From contig MEDY01000091.1 of NCBI GenBank assembly GCA_001724265.1, forward strand, positions 1-64,000: a DNA stretch of 64,000 bases, written 5' to 3'. Below, piece after piece: positions 46,646 to 59,600 of the stretch; within the stretch, counting starts at the first letter, position 1, and every line of letters starts with the position of its first letter. The DNA is from Rhizaria sp. SCN 62-66 (lineage: Eukaryota). Both the position numbers and the translations under genes were made by a program. The notes below the pieces were generated by a model that did not search any database, was not told the DNA's origin, and saw only the letters and a program-made list of their open reading frames with translations.

Positions 46646-47611
46646 GGCAAATGCTGTTTAGGAATGATACAGAACCAGGGGAAACAAATATAAAAGGTAA
46701 AACATTTACTTTGGACAAATTCAGCCATTAAAAAGTGAAATATTGTTAAAACATCTTGTATACATGTCTCGCCAGCTGTTGGTTTGATGTACAGAACAGC
46801 GCGCCTCCTCCGCACGTGGTTCAGCTCCAGAGAAATGCAAAACGGCTCTCACGTGCAGGTCTGCATCTCAAAATATCTGCTCTGCATTCTGGCAGCCCGT
46901 CTGCGGACTGGTTGTGGTGGGTCACGCAAATGAGTTGTGATAGAATACCCTAATGGTCAAATATGAAAATAACTTTTGTTCTAGAGGAGATTAACTAAAT
47001 ATTATTTAAAATACAATATTTTTTTGTTATGCTAACGATTTCTGCGTCCTGGCAGACAGGGCTATCTTCGATGATGCCATAACTTCACCCTCCTCCTAGC
47101 CTCGCTATGACTCTGCTAGATCAAAATTCAACGCCGAACTCATGTTGTCAAGTACATAGAATTGAATAAAACATGTTTTATTTGGTCCTATGATGCCTCT
47201 AATTCGTGTGAAAGACCTAGTTCCGCGTCGGCCGTTACCAACGATGACTGTTGTTCCAGGATACCGACTTGTGCTCGACCTTGCGCTTTGCAAGCGCAAG
47301 CGACTCCCGAAATATCAAAATGCATGTTTGTGGTAAAACACAACCGTGTTACACATCAGCAATTGACGTGAGAATTAAAGTGCGCCCAGTGATGGTCTAC
47401 CACACTGCGAAGTTAAGTGCGAGTAATATGTCAATGAATGCAGTACTAAAAATGAACGAATGTGTATGTGTTGTATATCAAATAAAAAAGATCTTTGAAT
47501 AACGATCTAGCATTTTAAATCTTCCTTTTCGTGCTCGAATACCTAAAAAGAAACTGGCTGTTGTTGTGATTGAGTTGCCAGTTGACTGCAACTTGATGAA
47601 TGAAGAAGTGC

Positions 47612-50600
47612 TTAATGGAAATACTGACTGAGGTGCACGTACGCGCTCGCCTTGCGGAACGCGGACTCCTCCCTCTGCTTGCGCTCATCCGCATCGCTTT
47701 TCACAGCAACACCGTTCTTGGCCGCAGCTGCAGGCTTGCTATTGTTCGCAGCAGTCTTGTTGTGGAGCGCGATGAGCGCGTCACGCAGCGCGCGCGTCGC
47801 CGCAGCGGTTGCGGCGTCGCTGCCGACCTCCTCGGCTGCCAGGAACAGCTCCGTCGCCGTCGCGGCGCCGGCCACGGCGGCGGCCTTGGCTTCGCCGTGG
47901 CCGTGGTCGCCGCTGTCGCCGCTCTGCGCAGCGGCCGCGCTGGCGCCGGCGGCCGCGTCGTCGGTGCCGCGGCGACCAAGCGAAAGAAGAATGTCGCCGT
48001 ACACGCGCAGCAGCAGCGGGAGACGCGCCTCATCGTTCTCGAGCGAGAGCAGCGGCACGGCGTCAAGCAGCGCGGAGACCGACGCCGCGTCCGAGACACT
48101 GCTGGACTTGACCGCGGCGCTGGCGCTCGCAGTCGCAACAGGGCCCGTCGTGGTGGAGCGATCGATGTGGCTGCGGACGAGGTCGCGCAGGGCGGCAACG
48201 TCCACGCCGCCCACGCTCGCGGCCTTGCCGTTGCTTGCAGCGGCAGCCGCAGTGTCCGTGTAAGGCGACGGGCGCACGCTGGAGCCCGCGGCAGCGGTGT
48301 TGGCGAGCGCGGGCAGCGAGCGTGTGGCCCAGGCGGCGCTGTCATCGTAAACGCGACGCGTGCGCGCACTGGGGGGACGCGCGAGCGCGCCGCTCTGAGG
48401 CCGAGCAGCAGCAGCAGCAGCAGCACCAGCGGCAGCACCAGCGGGAGCAGCAGGCGCGGCATTGGCGCTGGCGGTGTTGGCGAGCCCAGACGTGCGGATG
48501 GTGGCCGCGAGCGTGGGTACAAGCGAGCAGCGCGACAGGAACAGCGCGAGCCGCTGCGCGTGCACGCCCACACCGGCGCCAGACGCGGCGCCAGTGGCGT
48601 TGGTGTCGGCGCTTGCGAGCGAGCCCATGAGGGCGCCTGCGGTCACGCCGCCGCTGGCTGTCTTGTTGCTGCTGCTGGCGTTGGTGTTGTTGGGCGTGAA
48701 GGTGAGCGCGCCGACGGCGCTGCCGTGCGCGACCTTGACGAGGTGGTCGCGCTGCTGCTCGTTGAGCGCGGCGAGCAGCAGCGCCAGGAACAGCAGCTGC
48801 GAGGGGCCCGTGGCCAGGCCGGGGTACAGCACGCGCGTCGCGCCGCACTCGGCCAGCGCCGCGGAGAGCACCTCGGACACGCTCGCGGCCCCGGGCGCGG
48901 CGCGGCGCTCGAGGTAGCTGTAGGTCGACGACTCGGTGCTTGCCGCGCAGCCGGCAGCAGCGGCGTCGCTGCTGCCGCTGCTGCCAGAGGTGAAAGCGAT
49001 GAGCTGGCGCATCTTATCCTCGGCCTGCTCAGCAGCCTCCTGCGGGCTCACGGCAGCAGCCGCGCTGGTCTGGCCGCCGCGAGCGGAAGCCTTGGGCGAC
49101 TTGTACTTGTCGCCAAGAAGGTACTTGAGGGGCTCGGCAGAGAACTTGCGCGCCGCGGCCTCGCTGCCGCAGCGGTACACGCGCTTGCAGTAGACAACGC
49201 ACCAGTACCACTCGCCGTTGCTGACGCTGCTGCCGTTGCCGGCGGCGGAGCTGTCGGCGACGGGCAGGCCCGTGGCCGCGAGCGCCAGCGTGCCGCGCGC
49301 GCGAGCGTTGTGCGCCGCCACGGGGCAGCGGCCCTGCAGCGCGAACACCGACACAGAGCCGGAGCCGCTAGAGCTGGAGCTGGAGCTGGAGCCGGTGCGG
49401 GACGCGGGGCGGGGGCTAGCAGCCGCGGGCGCGAGGCCGGGGGGCGGCGACGGCGCGACACGCGTGCGCGGGCTGCCGCTGCCGCTGCTGGCGTTGTAGC
49501 CGTTGGACAGTAGCAGCAGGCGCTGCCACTCGAGCAGCGTGAGGCGGCGCGGGCGGGCGGCGGCAGCGGGCAGCGCGGGAACCGCCTCGGCCAACGTCTC
49601 GAGCGACTTGAGGAACGCGGCCGCGCTCTCGCCGGCGGCCGCGCTGGACGCCGTGAGTGGGACCGCGGCGGCGTGCAGCTGCAGCGGGCGGCTGAGCTTG
49701 CGGAGCGCGTCCTTGGCGGCGTAGCGCCACGGGTTCGACAGCAGCGCGCACAGCGCGGCGGCGGAGCTGGCGCGGTAGATGGTGCCCGCGAGGTCGACGG
49801 CGTAGCACAGCGAGCCCGACGGCAGTAGCGCGCTGTTGGCGCCAGAGGCGGCGGCGGCGGCGCTCGCAGCCGTGAAAAGGTTGTCTTCGCCGGCGTCAGC
49901 GTCGTCGTAGCCGGCGCTGGCGGCGAGGCCCGAGTCGGCCTTGACGAGCTTGCCGTGGTCAGCCCACGCCACGGGGCAGTAGCGGCGCCACACGCCCTGC
50001 GCCTTGCCCACCACGCCAGTCTTGGCTGCGCTGCGGGCCGAGGCGCTGCCGCCGTGAGCGCTGACGTTGCCGCTGGCGCCGCTGCCGCTGAGCGCGAGGT
50101 GTGCGCACAGCGCGGGCGCACCCAGGGCCGTGGCGCGGAGATACGCGGCGCGGGCGAGCGCGCGCGAGGCGAGCGGCGGCATGCACGCGTCGAGCAGCGC
50201 CCACTGCGTGGCCGCGGCGTCGAGCACGAGCACGTCCTCGCCCGCGCTGCTGGCGACGACCGCGGTGATCGGGGCGCTCGCCGTCGCGGTCCCGGCGTTG
50301 ATCGACGCGTTGGAGGGCATGCGGGACACCGAGAGCAGCTTGGTTGCAGTACTAGCGGGGGCGGCAGCGCCGGTGTTGCGGGGCGCGTAGGCCGCGAGCG
50401 CCGCAGTGACGGCGGCGGTGACAGGCGAGGCCAGCGAGGGCACCAGCAGCGTCGTAGCGGCGTAGGCAGCGGCCGCGGCGGGCGTCGGCAGCACCGCAGC
50501 AGCGGCAGCAGCAGCGCGCGCCTTGGCGCGGGCCTGCTTGTCGAGGCTGGCGTTGCCGCCAGCAGCGACGGAGGCTTCGGTGTCGACGACGACCTTGGAG

Positions 50601-53600
50601 CCGACGAGCGTGAGCGCGGCGACCTGTTTGTTGCTCAGAGCCACGGGGCGCGCGTCCTCATAGTCCTCCTCCTCCTCGTCAGCGAAGCCCGCGTCGGCGT
50701 CGGCGTCGGCGTTCTTGCTGTCGCTGGCGATCTCGAGCCCGATGAGGTGCGCCGGATGGGCCCAGGCGCCCGCGGCGAGCGCGAGCCCAGTGCCGCTGGC
50801 GTCGATGCCGGAGACGCCGTACACAGCGTCCTCGCCGTCGGCGCCCGTGCCGTAGGGCAGGTACACGTCTTCGTAGACGTCCTCGCCCTCCTCGCCCACG
50901 CGCACCAGCCCCAGCGCCACAGCGACGGGGTCGCCGGCACCCGGGTCGGTCACGCCCTCGGGCAGCGCGGGGCGCACCACGGGCGGCAGCGGGGCCAGGA
51001 CGCTGCCCGCGACCGACGCCGCGGGGCGCGCGCGCGGACCGGAGCTCGCGGCGCCCGCACCGTCCTGCGGCTGGGCGAGGGGCAGGCGAGGCGTGCGCGC
51101 CCAGTAGGACAACGAGGCCGCGCGGTCCGTTGCGGCCAGCGCGCGCGCGGCGGCGAGCAGGCGGGCGCGGCGCAGGGCCGTGCAATCCGCACCGGCGGCC
51201 GAGAGGGCCTCGTTGAGCTGCAGCGATACGGTGAGCTGAGGCGCGACCGACAACGCCTGCAGCCAGGTCCACACCGACACCCCGGCGACGCCGCCCTTGA
51301 CAGCGGCGCGGGCGTTGCTTTCGTCGGCGGCGTTGTTGGCCGCGGCGTCGTCCGACTGAGAGTCGGCGCTGGCGTTGCCGCCAGCGTAGGGGCTCGAGGG
51401 CGAGTTGGAGGGCGGCGCGTCCAGCACCCAGCCGCGGAGACGGCACTCGGCGCTGGTGACGGCGGCGCGCAGAGAGAGCGCGATGAGCGCGGCAGAGGGC
51501 GACGCGCCCGCATCAAGCGTGGCGCGGAGTACAGTGCCGAGCACCGTGGGCGCCGCGGCCACAACGCCGCTCGCGGTCGTGCTGAGACTGCTGCCGGTGC
51601 TCGCGGGCGCGTTGTTGCCGTTGTTGGCGTAGAGCGAGGCCGAGGCGGCGGCCTTATGCAGCAGCGACGACAGAGGCAGCGGGAGGCGGACCGTGTTGCC
51701 GCGCGGGTGCGGCTGCGCGAGCGCGCGCACGTACTGGTCCGAGGCGCGCTGCATCACCGCGGCGGCGTTGGCCGCAGCGTTAGCCGCGCTGCTGCTGCCA
51801 CCCTGGTAGTTGAAGTAGTCGCCGCCGAACTCGACCTCGAGCTCAGCCTCAGCGCGACGGCTCGGCGAAGGCAGAGTGAACTGCGCCTTGTCGTGTTTCA
51901 TGCGCAGCAGGCTCTTGTTGTATACGGCCTTGTCAGTGATGTTCGCACGCGTGAGCACAGCGGTGTGGGCCTCAAACTCGGTGTGCTCGACGACGCTCGC
52001 AAGCTCGGCCTGCTCCTCGGCGCCGTCGCCATCCTCGGGCGCGGGCGCGGCAGACAGCGCCTCGGCGCGGGCGCGGCGCAGGCGCACCGCAGCGCGGCGG
52101 CGGCGGCGCTGCTCGCGCTGCGCGATCGCGGCCAGCGCGGCGCGGACCGCGGGCGACGTCGACAGCGGCGCGCACAGCGACGCGAGCGCGTCCGCGGCGG
52201 CGGCGCTGGTGACTGTGTGCGCGTCAAAGAGCGACGCCGCAGGGGCCGAGGCGCGCGCGGCGGCGGCGCGGACGGCGGAGACAGCGTCGAGCGACACGGC
52301 GGCAAGCTTGTCCGCGAGCGCGGCGGCGAGCGTGGTGCGGCCCGAGAGGGCGGGCCCAACGACGGCCGCGGTGAGTGGGGAGCGGGGCGACAGCACGCCA
52401 GAGATGGGCGTCGCCTCGAGGCTGGTGGCGCCGGCAGAGCCGCAGCCGCTGAGAGAGAGCGCGCCGGGCGTGGGCGCGATGGGGAGCGTGGCCGAGGACA
52501 GGAAGCGGTAGACGTCGGCCATGAACACGAGACGCGCGCGCGGGGAAGAGCAGAAAACGATGTTGTGGCCCCACATGACGGGGAAGGCGGAGCCCGAAGA
52601 CAGGCAGTCGGGCTGGTTCAGAAGCGGCACCAGCGAGCCCGACACCGCGAGCGCGTCGCTGTGCGCGCCGGAGCCCGTCGCGGCGGAAAAGCCAGGGAGG
52701 CCGCCGAGGCCGTTGTAACCGCCGACGGCGCCGCTGGCGCTGCCGTTGGCGTTGGCGGCGGACAGGGAGTAGCTGTCACCGCTGGCGCCGTAGCTGTGCG
52801 TGACCGCGGAGGCAACCATCGCGTACACGCCAGGGCCAGAGTAGGCGCCGCTGGCGCTGAGGCCGGTGACGTCATAGCCGGCCGCAAAGGTGCCCGCGGT
52901 GGCCGCGGTCGCCAACACGCCGCCCTTGCCGTGGGCGCAGGGGCCCGCGCCAGCGACGGCCTGGTTGACGAGCGCCTGCGCCGGGTTGGCCACGGCGGAG
53001 TGCGCGGCGGCCTTGAGACGCGTCTCGGCCAACGCGACGGGGCAGTGGGTGCCGAACTCACGCAGCGTCTTGGCGCCCAGGCGCAGCAGGCGCAGCGCCT
53101 CCTGCAGCGACAGCACGTGTGGCTTCACCAGCAGCGCGCGCGAGCGAGTCAGAAACGGCTGGCAGCGGCGGAACAAGCGCGAGGCGGCGCGGCGCACGCA
53201 CGTGGCCACGAAGAGCGGCGGCACGGCGAGCTGGTCGATGGTCTTGACCTGGTACAGCTTGTCGACGAGGTGCGCGTTGGTCGTGCTCACAATCGCCTTG
53301 CGGCTGCCGCGGCCGCTGACAGTCACCTGGCCGCCGCTGCGGCGGTCGCGCTCGTAGGCCGCGACGCTGGCGTGGTGCGTGTTGCCCAGCAGGCGCAGCG
53401 CGGGGAGGTCCTCCTCGGTCACCGTGGTGTCGAGCGTGGGCAGCGTCACGAGCTGCAGCGCGCTCAGTGCCGCCGTGAAGCCCTCGGTGTCCTGCACCGT
53501 GCGCGCGAACTCCTCGCGCAGCGCGGACTCCTGCGCCTTAACGGCCTCCAGCGCGACCTCGAAGGCCTTGGCGGAGAGCGCGCGGTGCTCGGCCGCGGTG

Positions 53601-56600
53601 AACATCGGCGCCATGGCGACGACAGAGCCCACGGCGCTGCTGCCCGCGCTCGCGCCGGCGTTGTTGGCGTGCTTGGGGTCAAGGTATTTGGAGAGCTCAG
53701 CGCGAAGCTTGGCGATGAGGCGCGTGGCAGAGACGATCTCGAGGTCGACAGTGTTGTCAGTGACAGCGGCACGCCGGGCCTTGCGCATGGCGCGGCCTGC
53801 ACCGCCCTCGTCGTCGCCGTCGTCGTTGTTGTCGCCGTCGAGCGAGTCGGTGTCGATGTCGCTGTTGTCAGCGCCATAGTCGTCGTTGTGCTCCTCGCCG
53901 TCGTCGTTATCAGCGGCGTTGGGGTCGATGGTCAGGCCGCCGTTGGCAGCGAACGCACGCTCGATCTTGCTCCGGGCTGCGGACTCGGTGACCAGAGACA
54001 GCCACCACGCGAGCTCGCGGTCCTTGGCGCTCATCACAACGCCACCGTCGTCGTCGCCGGCGTTGCCACCGTCGTCGTGCTGCGGCGCGCCATGTTCCTC
54101 CTCGTCGCTCTCGTCCTCGTCGTCATCGCCGTCCTCGCCGGTGCCGCTGCTGCCGCTCTTGCGCGCCGCAGCGGCCGCGGAGGCCAGCGCGGCGTTCTGC
54201 GCAGCAGCGATCGTGGCGGCGGCGTCCTTCTCGAGCAGCGCGAGGAGCGGCGGCGTGAGGTGGCCTGCCTCCTCCTCCGCAAGACTAGGGTCCTCACTCG
54301 CCTCCGCAGTGCCCACACCGAGATTCGCCGGCTCAGAGTCCTCTGCGGTGAGCGAAGAGACGATCACGGCGCGGCGGCGCGCGGCGGCACGGCTCTGCGC
54401 GGCGCGCTTGGCGGCCGACATCAGCACCTTGGCAGGGGCCAGCTTCGACAGCGCCGTGCGGCACTGCGCAATCGCGGCGGCCTCCTCCTTGCGCACGGCG
54501 TCGAGCTTCGAGAGCAGCGCGTCGATGGCGTCTTGGTGGGTCTTGATGACCGCCTTGCGGCTCATGCGCACGACGGGGACACCGTCAGCGCCCTGCTGCT
54601 GCAGCTGCTGAGCAGCGCTCGCGGCCGCGCTGGCGTTGTTATTGTTTTCGTCGTCGTCGTCCGAGTCGGAGTGGTCCGCGGCCTCCGCACGCGCCTTGCC
54701 GAGCTTGACGTTCTCGGCCACGACCGCGCGCAGGAACTCGCTGCGCTTGGTGTAGACGCCGCGCACAACGCCGCGCGCTTGGCGGATCACCTCGAGGCGC
54801 TCCATGCGGGCCTGCGCGCGCGCCATCTCACTGCGCTTGAGCTCGCAGTAGCGCGCCTTGGCCTTGGCAGCGAGCGCGGTGGCACGGGCCTTAAACTCGG
54901 TGCGCAGCAGGTCGCGCTGCAGACGCACCACGGCCTCGCCCTCCTGCACGTCAAGCGGCGCCACAAGGTGCGGCAGCGTGTCGGGGTGCGCCGAGAGCAC
55001 CGAGGCGATGACCGAGAGCAGGGAGTCCGAGTAGAGGTCGACCTCAAGCACCCAGCCGGACTGCTTGTTGGTGGCGACGTCCAGCGCGTCCTCGCTCTGC
55101 AGCACGGCGATGGCCTCCTTCGCGGTGTCGACGACGCTCAACGCGGTCGAAGCATCGCTGCCGTTGCTGCCCTGGGTGAGGGCGCGCATCGCGGCGTACT
55201 TGAGGTTGAGCCGCCTCGCGCGCTGCTGGTCATCGGTGAGCGTGGGCTGGCCGCCAACAAGCACAGCCTCGGCGACGGCGTTCTCAATGTCAGTGTGCGA
55301 CACCCAGTCGCTGTCGTGCAGCAGCTCCGCGAGCGCAGTGTGCAGCTTCGGCGCCGGCGCAGGGACCGCGGGCAGGCCGCGGAGCTTGACCTCGGAGCCG
55401 TGCTGAGGCTTGGCAAGGCGCTCGCGGACGCGGATGGCGCGCGCGATGCAGCGCAGCTTGGCCTCGTCGTCCATCTCGGCCAGCACGGCTGCGGGCACGG
55501 GCTCGAAGCCGTAAGTCGACGATATCGTCTCAAACGATAGCAGCTCAAACGCAGGTGCCGCGGCGGCAGCGGCAGCAGCGGCGGCAGCAGCGGCCTTATC
55601 CTTGCCGTGAGCGTTGGCCGAAGCAACACAGTCGCCATTGGTGGGCGTGGGTGCGCGCTTCTTGGGGATAATGGCGTCAGCGCTCTCGATCCCGAGCCCG
55701 ACGGCAAGGCGGTTGGCGAGCACGCGCGCGGCGTAGACCTTGCTCTGCATCTGCTCGAGCACGACGGCGACGCGCGGGTGGATCTCGGGCAGCCCCGCCT
55801 CGACGCGCTCACGCTCGGCGGCCTCGGTGAAGCGCAGCAGCGTGGCCTCGGCCTCGGCCGCGTCGGCCACTGCGTCGGCGTGCGCGCTGCGCGCGTGCGC
55901 GTCCACGGCGGCCTGCACAGTACGCAGCAGGCCCGCGACACGGGTCGACGCGGGGACCGTGCCCAGCGCCTCGGCGCCCAGGGCGGCGGCCTTAGCGACC
56001 GCGGCGGCGGTGCTTGAGTTCTCGCCAGCGCTCGAAGACGCCGCGGAGGCCTGCTGCTGCTGCACGTCGCGGAGCGCGATGGTAGCGGCAGCGTGCGTGG
56101 CGACAGCAAGCAGGAAGCCGAGCGCGGTGGAGACCTCGCGGCCCGGCGCGTCGGCGACCTGCGACGACACGTCCTCGGGGTCCTGCTCCTGCTCCGGCTC
56201 CTCGCCGTCGGCGTGCGCGTCCTGCTCGTCGGCCGCAAAGCTCTCGCCCTCGCCGTGGCCGGCGCCGGAGGTAGAGGGCTTCTGGTAGAGGTGCGCAAAC
56301 TGGGTGCGGAGCTCGTTGCTGTCCTCGGCCTCCTCCTTCTCGGCGGCGGCGCGCTCCTCTTCGTCGTCCGAGTACGCGCCTTCCTCCTCGTCGCCGCGCA
56401 CGTCCTCAGCCGCGTACCCGTCGTTGTGGTACATCTGCTCCTCAGCGTCGCTGTCGGCCTCCTCGCCCGTCTCGCGGCGCCGCTGCCGGTCCGCGCGGCG
56501 TTGCTCCTGGCGCTCGGCAGCGCGGCGCGCGCGCTTCGTCTCGCGGCGCACGGCCGCACGGGCGGCGCGGGCCGCGGCGCGCTCGTCGTGCGCAGTGCGA

Positions 56601-59600
56601 TACGCGTCGTGCTGTTGGCGCAGCTTGCCGCGGCACGCGCGGCGCTCGGTGCGCGCGCTGTGGCGCGCGGAGTCACGCGCCGCGAGGGCCGTGGTAACGA
56701 GCGTGGTCAGGCGCGGGAGCAGCTCGTCCGAGAGCTTGATGTGGCGCGTGAGCCCGAGCTGCGCGGTGAGCGCGCGGGCCAAGGAGGACTTGCCGGAGGC
56801 GACGGGGCCGACGATCATGGCGCGCGGCGCGGGGAGCAGCGCGAGCGACTCGGGCAGCGCGCGGTGGGCGCCCGCAAGCGCGGCGGCGGCGTTGGGGCCA
56901 AAGGCCGGGTTGCGAGAGTCGAGCGTGTGGTAGCGCTGCGGGTTGGCCAGGAAGGCGGCCACAGCGGCGTCGGAGAAGAGCGAGTACACGGCGCTCGCGA
57001 AGCGGATCTTGAGCGTGGGCTTGCCGGGCACGAGCAGCCCGGAGTCGACGAGCGAGACGGGGCAAAAGCACGTGGTGCCGAACTGCAGCTGGCGCAGCGC
57101 GGGCACGTCGAGAGCGTGCGTAGGCAGCGCCGCGACCTCGGCCGGAACGACCACGACGCTGCCGCCGTGGGCGCCTGAGCCGGAGCCGGAGCCGGAGGAG
57201 CTGCCGCTGGAGCTGGTGGCGGCGGCGGCGCACTGGGAGAGGTACTCTTCGGTGACGGGGATGACCGTGGGCAGGCGCGAGCGGCGGTGGCGGTGGAACG
57301 GGTCCACGGCGCAGTGCACGCGGTCGAACGTGGCCGCGAAGGACGAGTGCAGCCCGGCGTCGATGACCGTGTACGCGTGCCCGTGGTCGTGAAGGTGCGC
57401 CTCGAGGTGGCGCCAGGCCACGTCGTGGAACTCGACAGAGAGCTCACATAGGTGGTCCTCGTCCTTAGTCAGCTTCCCGCCGACAGCGGCAGCGGCAGCG
57501 GCGGCGCTGGCGGTGTTGTCGTCGCCAGCGTCCTTCTGCTCGCTGTCGATCACGGCCGCGGCGGCGGCGCTGCTATAGGCGAGGCTGCGCGCAGTCTGCT
57601 GGCGCTGGCGCATGTACACGCCCTCGGGCTCGTCCAGCACCAACGCCACGGTCGCGTTCACGGCCACGCCCGCGAGTGAGAGGAGGCGCAGCAGCTCGTC
57701 GTAAGCGGCGCCAGAGGCGATGCCCGCGCCGTCAACGACGACGCGGCGACCGCGCAGCGCGCTGCCCCAGACGCGGGGTACGGCGGCGCTGGCGGGGGCC
57801 TTGGGGGCGGCCTCGTCGCTCGCGATCGTGCCGTCGTCGGCGCCGTTGCTCTCGGCGTTGGCGTCAACGGCAGCGTCGATCTCGGCGCTCTCCCAAGCCT
57901 GCAGCGTCTCGAGCGTGACCGACACGAAGCCGTGCAGCGCGGCGAGGCGGCGCGCGACGGCGGTCTTGCCGGCCAGCGGGCCGCCCAGCAGCACCACGGT
58001 GTAGCTGCTCGGCAGCGCGGGGGGCGCCAGCGTGTAGCAGTCCGGATTCGCGTTGAACTTGCGCAGCGCTGCGCGCGACGAGAGGTAGTAGCACGCGCCG
58101 CGGTAGACGCACGTGAGAGCTGCGTCGCCCTTGACGAGCGCGTCGTGGTCGCGCAGCGCCACGGGGCAGTAGCGCTCGAAGGCCGAGAACCAGACGTGCG
58201 CGGCGGCGGGGGCGTCGCCGGGCACGTCGTGCACGCGCAGCGGCAGCGGAAGCGGCGCCGTGGTGGGCACTGTGGCGCCGTTGGCGTCCTGCACCGACGT
58301 AGGTGAGTAGCCCGTGTTGAGCGGCAGGTCGCGGTGCAGGTGCGATACCGCGGGCGGCGGCACACACACGCGCGCGATCGCGTCGGGCACGTGCGGCGAC
58401 GAGAATGCCGCCACGGGCGCCGCGAGCAGTTGCGTCTGCTGCGCCACGTCAAGCGCGGCCGTCAGCGCAACGGAGCCGGCACCGATGGCGCCACTGCTCA
58501 CGCCCGTGGGCGCGTTGGCGTCGCGGTGGAAGGCGAAGCCGAGTCCGGAGGACTGGGCGTCGACGTCCGACAGCAGCAGCGCGTGCGCAGTCGCGGGCTC
58601 GAGCTCGTTCAACACTGCCGTGACCGCGGCGCGCACGACGTTGCCGCCGCCGGCGTCGCCATCCGCGCTGTTGTTGTTGTTGTTGGACTCGGCGAGCGAC
58701 TGCTGCACGGCGGCGAGCACGGCGTCGGCGGCGTCGTCGTCGGCCGTGGTAACGGAACGCAGCGAGCGCAGGCGGCGCGCCTCCTCGGAGTCGGCCTCGT
58801 ACTCGCGCACGAACACGGAGCATACGTTGTCGTTGACGTCCGCGGCGCTGGGCAGCACGCCAGAGTCGGCGTCGCGCTCCAGCGTGAGCGGGTACAGCGC
58901 CGCGGCGGAGGCCAGCTCCACGCGGCGCAGAGCCGCGGACAGCGGCAGCGGGATGGCGCTGGCGACATCGTGCGGCGCCGCAGCCTCGCTCGAGGCGGGG
59001 ACCGCGATGGCGCCATGAGGCGCGCCGTGGTCGACGGCGTACTCGTCGTGATATTCGTCGTGGTGCGCGCCGCTCTTCTTGGCCGAGTGAGCCTGGTGGC
59101 CGTGGGCCGGAGCCGCGGCGGGCGGCGCCTCGTCGAAGCCGACGGGCACGGCAAGGAGCTTGGCGACCGACCGCACAACGGGCTTGCGGCCCGCGGCCGC
59201 GGTCGCGCGGTACAGCAGCACGTGCGCGGCGGAGCGGAGCACGTCGACCTCGGTGTCCTGCGCGGACAGGTGCACGATCTGCATCGCGCCGGGCAGCTGC
59301 GGCAGCGCCAGCGAGTGGTTGTAGCGGCCGTCGCGCAGCACCTGGCCCGCGGTCACCACCACGGGCGGCACGGGGAAAGAGGAAACCAACGTCTTGAGCG
59401 CCGGCTCCGTCTCCTCGGCGTAGAAGTTCAGCCGCGCGAGCTGTGCCGCGGGGGCCTCGATGCTGACGGAGCGCGCGTATGCGAGCGAGAGCAGGCCCAG
59501 GTCAGTGGTGGCAACCGTGGCCGTGGGCGCCCAGCGCTGGTCCCACAGCGCGGGCGTGGGCACGAGGCCCTCGGCGACGGGGATCCACTGCGGCACCGTG

